Shown: positions 37,168-45,803 of the stretch, piece by piece
Layout: the number at the start of each line of letters is the position of its first letter
How positions within the stretch are numbered: position 1 is the first letter of the stretch
Assembly: GCA_000934665.2 (NCBI GenBank)
Contig: JYFJ02003152.1
Coordinates: 1 to 45,803, forward strand
Direction: 5' to 3'
DNA length: 45,803 nt
Origin: Catajapyx aquilonaris
Lineage: Eukaryota
Program-made: the position numbers and the translations under genes
Notes under the pieces: generated by a model
Database searches by the model: none
Seen by the model: the letters and a program-made list of their open reading frames with translations, nothing else
What the model was told of the DNA's origin: nothing

Positions 37168-37892
37168 ATGGCCAATTTGTCGAAATCGCGGATTTCCCTC
37201 TTCAGAAATTCTAATGAAAGTCACATGCACACATTACGCAATTGGTATGAGTCGACAGTTCAAATATGGGGTTCGGACTTTAGTCACCCTTCCCATTAAA
37301 GGAGGGATAAAGTGCTAGAGATAATTGCACTGTTTCGTAACAACTCCAGGGGGGGGGGGGGNGGGGGGGGGAGGCAGTCCCATTTCATTAACAGAATCGT
37401 CAGCAGTATACAATGCCCTGGGCGGTATATGAGCAACAAACACTACAGTATAGAGGGGGGGAAAATATGTCATTAGCATTAGCTCTCGGTTGGGTGTATC
37501 AGATGGCTAATTTAGTTCCAGAGGCATGACAGGTGGGCGAGAACATCCGGATAATTCGGCATCCCGGAATTTATTAATTCCATTTCATATCTTGTGCCAA
37601 CGAATTTCTGGCCGCATACACTGTTTGACATTATAGAGCTTATTACTTGTAGCATGTGGCAAAACCAACTATAGTGCAGATGTTACTAACTATACAGGGT
37701 GGAGCATTGTTCCAATTACTCAGAGTTCAATAATGATTTGAATCGTTGCAACCTTGGAGGAACATCTTCTCCCAACCTGGGAGGTGCAGGAATATTCAGA
37801 GGTAAATGCATGAATTTTCATAAAAATATGTATGGGCCATGACATTTTGGATTTCAGAGTTGGCTGGAGGGGTTTGGAAAGCAGAAGCCTGA
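37168..37892 (+). CDS. Candidate small spliced ORF (71 aa) or spliced lncRNA, no recognised homology
   Basis: TATATAA at 37032, gtcATGG at 37168, exons 37168-37244, 37698-37801, 37858-37892 in frame. A further GTGAGT..TTTCCTCACAG intron lies at 37937-38192. Confidence 0.25.
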
Positions 37893-40787
37893 CCTTTCGA
37901 ACCCGAACTAAAAGAGAGAGAAAAATAGAGCGTCAGGTGAGTCCGACCTTCGATTGTCGAAAGCTGTTTGATCCTTCCAAAACACCTCGCTTACTGCACA
38001 AAGGCGCCTTTAAAACACAAAAGCCGTTCCATGACAATATATTTCGTCGTATGACATCGTAAATTCAAGGGTTTCATGCAACAGGGTCGTATATATAGTC
38101 GAAGTGCCTTAGGTGACGTAAAAATTGTTATCCGTAAACCCCTGTGGAATTCCGCAGTACCTGATGAAATTAAAGTTATGCTTTCCTCACAGGTGATCGT
38201 GTCATCACGTTGTCATAATTATTAATTAATGACAACATTTATAGGTATACTAAAATTCAAGGTGATTTGGTTTATTGCAAGAGCCAGTTTGTAAGGAATT
38301 AATGAGGAAATAGGTAAAATACAATGTTTATACTTTTAACATAGTCGTCAGAGTTGTCCAATTAAAATGCAAATGCGAGAAGTGTATAATATTGGAATAT
38401 ACTATCTTTAGCAATAATTGAGTAGTAATTCATGTCTGGCCAAATCCAATAAGCTGATGAATATTTCTCCATAAATGAACAGGCTCACACACAAACTGCT
38501 GCATTTTCATGTCCCCACAGTGTCACTCCTGGACTGTCATTACATAATCACACTGCACTCTAATTTATTTCCAGTAAACTCTGTTGATAAAATATGCATT
38601 GACTGGGACTTCCACTACACCTTCAAATCGACCTCAACGCATACAGTAAATACCCTTTAGTGATTAGTACTTCATGTAATTTATATTTGATACAATCACA
38701 TGTGTACTATATGCTACAATCATGTAATATCGGTCAAAAAATAAAGTTATCCTGTGGTTATGCAACCATTAGCACACAAGCAGTCTATTATTTTCCATGC
38801 ACTTTGGGTGTAGACAGTTGCACGACTTCAAGTCATACCAATAGTCGCCTAAACTTTTTTTTTCGAAAGATGTTGCCAGTGGGCTGCAATTAGACTTTGC
38901 ACTTACACATAATCCTCCTAAAATGGCTTTGGCCTTATATGGTACGGCCTGAAGTAATCGGGTGTTGTCTCTTACAGTCATTTTGCTGCCAAACAATTTA
39001 CTTGCCATACCAATCAGGGAGTCTATATACAGCACATTTTCAAGGACAAGGAAGGGGGCAGGACAAGGGGGAGAAGGAAGCAGATGTTGCCATTTCTGAA
39101 GGGAAACTGTCCTAAAACTGTCCTGGGGAAGTGATGAGGAAAAATCACAGAAAACTCGAGTCTGGATGATTGGCACTGTGACTTATCCCATAGACGTAGA
39201 TGTATTGGAATGATGGAATTAATCAATGTAATGGACACTTTAGGTCATTAATTCTTCCTTTTTTCCTTGAGCTATTTCACCATCAAAATACTGCACATAA
39301 TTTTCAGCTAGGAGGAATCACTGTGCCATAGGGTGGTACTTACACTTTGGTAATGCCAACATTTTTGCATGAGAAATAATTATCATGCACCTAAGTTATG
39401 TGGCATGCCTAATACAGGTGGATGTGGGAGCACATTAGCACCAGGACATTCCCTATGATTCATAAGGGGATGTCATCCAAGTTCATGTCTGCCACATGCA
39501 ATAATGTCACATCCCAGCTAAAAATAGTGTTCTTGTGTTGAAATAGCTAAAACTATCCTTTTATTCACTTTTACGTGGGAGTCCCATTGTCCATGAAGGA
39601 ATTGTTGCAATGTATGATACAGTGGGGCCATTGTACCCATGAGGGTATGAATAATTCCAAGTCTTACTTACTGAAAGGATCACTGTTCCAAAAGTTAAAA
39701 TTTGTTATTGCAATTTTTAAAACATATAACGTGTCCTTCAAAACGCATGATACTGAAAATCCCAAAAAGGTTTGACAGTCCAAACACAAGATGCCAATTT
39801 TCCAAGTTTGAAATCAGCAAGAGCACATGGCCCGCACGATGTCATGAGTGATTCGCGTCAACAATGAGGGCTTTGCTGTTGTCGTCCTCCGACAGATATA
39901 TTTAGACGCTTTTGTTGCTGGCATATGCAACTATATCCAATGGAGAGGATATGGCATCACATTTGGCAGAATTTACAGGGTTGTGAAGCTGAAATCCGAA
40001 TAGTTAGCATTAATTGTATGGGATGGGAAGTCAGGGCATATCACACAGTAGTAGGGCTGACCAGTGCAAGGCAAGAGCTGAAACAAATAGTGAGTGGTCA
40101 CTCCGAAGCTAGACTTGAGCAGTGATCCTTCCGCGCATCTTTAATGCTCTTGTAGTGGCTCAATCGGGCTTGATTCACTGTTGCAATCTCCCCATTTCCA
40201 TTTGTTCACCATATTCCTATTGAGAAGCCGTACACTGATGAATTGACTAGTATCAGGTCCACCCAAAGCAGCTCCCTTTTCCCTGTATTTTAACCAGGTC
40301 AACATCGTTTTTATAGTGATGCATATCACTTTTTGGATACTAAACCTTGCCTCAAATATTTCTCCTCTTCATTCCTTTTGGTCGCCCTCATTGTTTGTTG
40401 AGTAGGATGAATTTCTTGCACCTAAAATTTGCTTTTGGCATTGACATCACTCTTCTTGTTTGTATCAAAATCCATACATTTTTATTCATACCACATTTTC
40501 CCCGCACCTGAAATAAACCAGCACTCATTGCAAAACTTTGAAAATTACAGCCACACTCATTGACATCAAAGAAAAAAAAAAACACTGATTGTTAAAAAAC
40601 TAGAATGCCATCAATAAGTTCACTGAAAACAATACCACTGGCTTGGAAACCCCATCGTTGACAGTAAATCTTCTGATGTGGCTCCTATCGTCAATTCTAA
40701 TGGTAAAAACATATCAATGGATTTTTCAAGCAAAATTCAGTTACGATTCAAAAGTCTAAAAGGAATGAAAAATTAAAATGTTCCAGG

Positions 40788-43700
40788 TTAGGACGCCTGG
40801 TAGACCAAGTCTGGATACACTTCACTCTCCTTCTCGTAGGTGTCCATGATTTTATCTGTGATTTCCCAGAGCATGTCACGGGTCAGGTCATCACAGAACA
40901 CCTGTTGAGATGAAACATATAAGGTGTCATGTTATTGCTGAACATGTAATACAGAACAGTGTAGCAATTGCATAGAAATTGAAAGCAACCAGTTGAAGAA
41001 TAAGAGCAAGTTCTATAAGTGAGACTGGTTACATCACTGAACACTTATGATTTATGCAATTACTCTTGTCATCCATTGTTCGCCAACTGATAAAAAAAAG
41101 TCAACAATAATCATCAAGCAGTAGTGTAGTCTTCTTACACATCAACTGCTCTTGCTGTGGCACTGCAGAGTTATAAAATAATACTCTATGTTAATTCTGC
41201 CCTTCACCTCACTTTGATAGTGTAGGACTAACTATGAGCCAAATACATTTCAGGTACTGCACACAAATAGCCCACCCTCCATTACCAGCGTCCATAATAA
41301 AATAAAATAAAAATGGTACATTACCGAATACCAAGGGGAGCCTGTGTTTTCTGCAGTAGCGGGAATAGTTATCCCATAACACTGCAGGCACAAATTGATC
41401 ACTGCCACAGAAACGTGCTGGGGTTTGTAGTTGAGAATAGCAGCATCATGGTGGAAATCCTGTGCAAAAAAAAAAGTGGTGATATGCTAAGTTGAATATA
41501 CATATTGACAGACAATTACCACAATGCAGCACAACCACACATAACACTTGTTTGTTTTCATAGTTCAGGCCTTATGAGTATTATATGGGCATCATATTAC
41601 CTGCAAAAAGGCCCAGCTGGTCCTGGCGATGGGGGCAGACTTCCACAATTCTGAAGGCACCCAGCCTTCCAGGGACTTCAGGTAATGTAACAAGTACTGG
41701 AAGACATACCTTGACTGTGATTATTACTGAAGTGTTTAGTTAATACAAATCTTTCAACATCCATGCCATACAAAATGCTTTGAAGGTGTAGGTGTGTATG
41801 ATTTACAAAGTGGTGCAAAAATTTACTCCAAAAACTTGTCAAACGGATAGTCAGTGACAGAGGAGACAGTACTGCCGTCAGATGTAAGAAGACCGTAACT
41901 CAAAAACTAGTAAGGGTGAAAATCGCATGCATGCCCTGCACTAATCCCCCTGACTCAGAGGGGATTAGTGCATCTGACATCTTACATCTGACGGCAGAGT
42001 AGGCCTACTATCAATTTTTAGAAATGCAGTCACCTATATTGACTCCATAATTATTGTAAAAACTCCGTCATTAAAAATAGATGCAATGTTTTACAAAAAA
42101 AACCTGATTCAAACACTTGCACTGGGTACCAGCAAAATATCTCAATCTTAACAATCTGCAAGAACTAAGCCAAACAACAGCACAATTTTTACCAGATTCG
42201 ATGGAAATTGCAAGTTCGCAATTTTTCTCATCACGTGCAGATGGACATTTGAAAAACCGTTCTGTGACCCATTCATGAAAGGGTCTATCCAGAAATAAAG
42301 TGAAAACCATTATTGCAACAATTCTTTAATTGTTATTAAGCAGCAATCTTCAAAAGTGCTGGATGTAGGTACAGTAGAACCCTTTTATCTTACCTCGCCT
42401 TATCCGACAGTCCCGCTCCGTCAATAAATCTACATTTTCTCATCAATGTAATGTCAACGTAATGTTCTACACATTTGTTTGCTTTGCCTTAGTTAAATAT
42501 TGTAAATACAGTACAGTAGAGTGCGTGTATAAAAGAAGAATACTTCACTATTTCTTAGAAAACCATAATATTGTCAAAATATTGTGCGTTATTTCATGTT
42601 TTTATGTTTTTGTAGTGTTTTATTAAAGTTTTTTAACTCCTTGGATTATCTGACATTTTCAATTATCCGACAATCCCCCAGTACCCCAGTAAAGCCGTCG
42701 GTCCCGTGCGCGTGTCACATTGCGCGAGTGCACGTTAAAGATCCCCAGAGTGGCCAAATTTCCAGGAGGAGGACCACCCCCTGGCATTGGTGTTGAGCCT
42801 TAGAGGCAGAAATAGGCCGACGTTAAGCCCCACTGAACCCAGTACCGTGGGTGATGGATAATATGGGTTCTACTGTACTTGTCATTTGGCATGTACCTCC
42901 CCAAGAAAGCAATCAATAATGACAGTGCCTTGATAAATTTTCGTTCCATAGTTTATCTGATTTTAGTTGGAAGAACTATGGATTTGGTCGTGAGTAGGAG
43001 ATGGGGAAAGTAGTGAAGAATTCTACTGCTCTCCTGCTGAGCACATATTTACTGGCATTCAAGAGAGCTTGAATCAGGCCCTCATGTAACACAGTATATT
43101 GCAGGAATTTTATATGCAACTGTAATCATGCAACTCTGGTGCCAGTGGCGACATCTACGCTTTGAAATGGATAATGATCAATAACAATAGGCATATAGCA
43201 TGACATAAATGACAACACTCAATGAAATAAGACATGTTAGAAATTGGCAAACCTCAAACAATCACAACCTCAGCACAACACGAATCTACCAGCAGATCCA
43301 CATGTAAAATTATTTACTCTGGTTTAATGACATAATTTTAAAACCAGTACACTAAGACACTCCTGCATAATCGCGATTATGGGGAGGAAAGTGATGGAAA
43401 TTGACCAAAATTCTAATTAGGCTACAGATTTTTTAAACGTTTTGTGGATTTTCCCCTTGTTCTGCGTTTATTTCTCGTCATATGAAAAAACAATGTGTCA
43501 ATACGTGATGGTCACCTTTATTTATTAATATTTATCGTTGAAAATGTAGGTTTTTGTCGATATTTTTAAAGACAAGCTGATTAAAATATCCGCTTTCGTG
43601 GAACCTAGGATGACCGTTCCGTTTTTGTTGTATCGCTATTTTTAAGACTCTTTCAACTCTACCGCACACTTTTAATTCATACTGTAAGTTTAAGCTTGAG

Positions 43701-44967
43701 AAATGATAAACCTGGATGGGGGTGGTTCCTAAACTTTCGGGAAAGACTGTACATGGGCAGGTCAGTTCAGGTTAATGTGGTTTGTAGGCTTCAATCTACA
43801 TAGCAACAGTGAAGGAATTCATTTCCTGAGAAAAGGGTGAATTCAATTGTATTTCCTGCATATAACGCTATCCCACTCATAACGCTACTTTTGGGTGGTC
43901 CCTTGAAGAGCGTTATGTCGAGGTTTTACTGTTTAAGAAATTTATGCAGGATGTTACTGACCAAAATTCTGACAGAAGTAGAATTAACAGATTGGGTGAC
44001 CCTGGCAATGTATGCAACGTCAGTGGGTCAGTCCAGATATTTCCTGGCCATCTTTCAGTGCATTTGCATATTGTTGAATTGTGACAACTTGTTTTTCCCC
44101 CCTGTCAATGGTTTAAGACAAAAAGTGTCTACTTCCCACTTATATCACTCAGGCACAGGAAAAAGCATTTGCACATTTATCCACATAAATCAAATGCTAC
44201 ACACAAACCCCCCCCCACAACTCCTACGATTTGGAACACACCATGTAGTTTTATGCCTGAACGAACGGTGACCCTAATATAATCGTTGATGAATTTCCAT
44301 GGCCTTGTCCTTCTGTTATTTCTTATATTGTGTTTAAAACTAATGGTTTTAAGTTATTTCAGTTCCATCCCACACACATTCAAGTCTTTGCTCTCACCTT
44401 GTGTGGATGAAGTACATTAAGCTGAAAGCCCAGCATGCGTAGAGCAAGAAGCTCCGCTTGCACTATTCCATCCCTAATGCTCCAGTACTCGTCCCCAAGC
44501 TCAAGCGGATCAGTAGAACGATGCAGGGTGGAGTTGGCCACATTGATCACATCCCTCAACTTCAGCGACTGTCCCTCAAGCTTTCCCGCCAAGTACAAGC
44601 ACGTAGATGAAACGAGCTGAAAACATTGCACAAATTAATCTGGAGTTCCGTCAAACGCACTGGCCGCATTCTACTCACATAGACATCGTACTCTTTGCTG
44701 TCAGTTTCTTGAAAGAACCGATGGTACATGACGCAAGCAGTGGCAACAGTCAACGGCTCAGCCTCCAATTTAACTCCTGTAAATTAATTTATGAGCAAGC
44801 CTTCATGCCATTCATTTATCTGTGGTGTCCGCTGCAATCTCACCGCACTCGAAGATGAACCTGGTGGCCATGAAGTGTCCCTGGGACAGCTTGTAGTTGA
44901 GCGGAGGGCTCATCTCCAGCTTCTGCCGCTGCGTCTGCAGCTGCATGACGTCTATCACCTCCTTCAT
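40788..44967 (-). CDS. CCNQ: Cyclin Q (cyclin M/FAM58A, koko homologue), ~261 aa
   Basis: Exons 44967-44844, 44776-44679, 44616-44398, 41696-41601, 41459-41325, 40901-40788 join in frame (786 nt). Motifs RFIFECGVKL..TVATACVMYHRFF, LYLAGK..LKLRDVINV, YWSIRDGIVQAELLALRML..HPHKYLLHYL, PIARTSWAFLQDFHH. Confidence 0.95.
41872..41997. mobile_element. Small MITE-like element with perfect 18-bp TIR and internal palindrome
   Basis: CTGCCGTCAGATGTAAGA ... TCTTACATCTGACGGCAG, with an internal hairpin at 41937-41972. Confidence 0.65.
42372..42875. mobile_element. Tc1/mariner (pogo/Tigger-like) MITE
   Basis: TA-CAGTAGAACCC ... GGGTTCTACTG-TA, with repeated TTATCCGACA subterminal motifs. Confidence 0.75.
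42686..42837 (+). mobile_element. 5'-truncated SINE with Deu/Nin-like core, nested in the MITE
   Basis: GTAAAGCCGTCGGTCCC..TGCACGTTAAAGATCCC resembles the Deu/Nin SINE core. Flanked by the 9-bp direct repeat CCCAGTACC (42677-42685, 42838-42846). Confidence 0.65.
43350..43749. mobile_element. Tc1-like element relic
   Basis: Ends GTGGTTCCTAAACTTTCGGGAAAGACTG-TA, a Tc1-type terminus; the left end is decayed or absent. Confidence 0.35.
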
Positions 44968-45054
44968 CCTGCTGCTGCCTCTCGAGTCCTCGGGATGGTC
45001 CAAATCCCAAGCCCCACTGTTACATATTGTACACAAAGACAACAATCAATCAGT

Positions 45055-45085
<31 letters not shown>

Positions 45086-45134
45086 CCTGCGCTGAATGCC
45101 TTCCAAGATTTATTTGGGTGGAAGACACACTTAC

Positions 45135-45360
45135 CCGGCCTGTATATCCAGCTCCACAACAATCTGGGGAACTCTTCGGGTACGGGTCAAAGGTGTGTGG
45201 TGGACGATGCAAACAGAGACGCGGTCGAGACGAGCTTCCTACACCCGGCGTGAGTTCGAGACGCGTCCTGGTGAATAGTCGGCTGATACCATCGCCTGAC
45301 GATACTTCGCAGGTGTTGCCAGAATGTGCTCCAATCGGTCCAATCGAATATAAAAGGGCG
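45135..45360 (-). promoter_or_regulatory. Probable 5' UTR exon and CpG-rich promoter of cyclin Q
   Basis: Minus-strand donor CGG|GTAAGT at 45135/45134, acceptor AACAG at 45017, CpG-rich sequence, TGGCAACAC motif near 45313-45321. Confidence 0.5.
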
Positions 45361-45636
45361 CCTGATTTGAACAGCAAAATATGTTTTTAAAAAGATAAGT
45401 GAAACAGGCACGAAATTGCGCGTCAGCATTAGGACAATAAACGTCTATTGTTTACGAATATTTGTGCAATTGTATCAAGACAATTTATAACTGCAATCTG
45501 GGGGGTATAGCATCCATGGACAAACAAACAAACAAACAAACTTGGCCTTATATAATTGTTTCATAGATTCAATACTTTCCTCTTTGGAACAAACCAAAAA
45601 ACTTATTAGAATAGTTATTATGCTCTTTGGAAGGAA

Positions 45637-45638
<2 letters not shown>

Positions 45639-45705
<67 letters not shown>

Positions 45706-45730
45706 CATTATTGTTATTGTTGTTATATTG

Positions 45731-45762
<32 letters not shown>

Positions 45763-45772
45763 GGTGGTAGTG

Positions 45773-45803
<31 letters not shown>
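45639..45803 (+). repeat. Compound microsatellite (GTT)n/(GGT)n/(AGT)n
   Basis: Directly visible; runs to the window end. Confidence 0.97.

Noticed and set aside
45475..45708. Poly-Thr ORF
   Set aside because: Translation of the (GTT)n microsatellite.
1..45803. CRISPR arrays, rRNA, intact tRNA, autonomous transposase or retroelement ORFs, stop-codon readthrough contexts
   Set aside because: None seen. There are no regular repeat-spacer units, no long TE ORFs, and none of the four stops has a TGA-CTA-type context.

Overview
Eukaryotic, intron-containing genomic DNA, most likely from an arthropod; the PKA-RII and cyclin Q proteins read as insect/pancrustacean-type. There are no prokaryotic features. 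Four spliced genes can be reconstructed by hand with frame-consistent GT-AG junctions. (1) A type-1 paracaspase/MALT1 homologue (+, 841-3342, 4 exons, ~649 aa: death domain, 2 Ig, caspase-like domain with intact His/Cys dyad, C-terminal Ig-like region). (2) DRC7/CCDC135 (+, 3861-8593, 13 coding exons, ~1287 aa, long acidic N-terminal extension). (3) PKA type II regulatory subunit (-, 15607-12514, 7 coding exons, ~383 aa), with a probable ~3.8 kb 3' UTR and a probable non-coding first exon near 25 kb. (4) Cyclin Q/FAM58A (-, 44967-40788, 6 coding exons, ~261 aa). The ~13 kb between the PKA-RII promoter and the cyclin Q 3' end holds no recognisable known gene. It does carry four perfect CREs and a candidate unannotated small spliced gene (37168-37892). 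Small DNA-transposon relics, a Deu/Nin-type SINE nested in a MITE, a tRNA-like relic and microsatellites are also present. CpG depletion appears to follow the PKA-RII and cyclin Q gene bodies. I see no clear new multi-gene system; the best leads are the atypical paracaspase, the candidate micro-gene and the CRE cluster.
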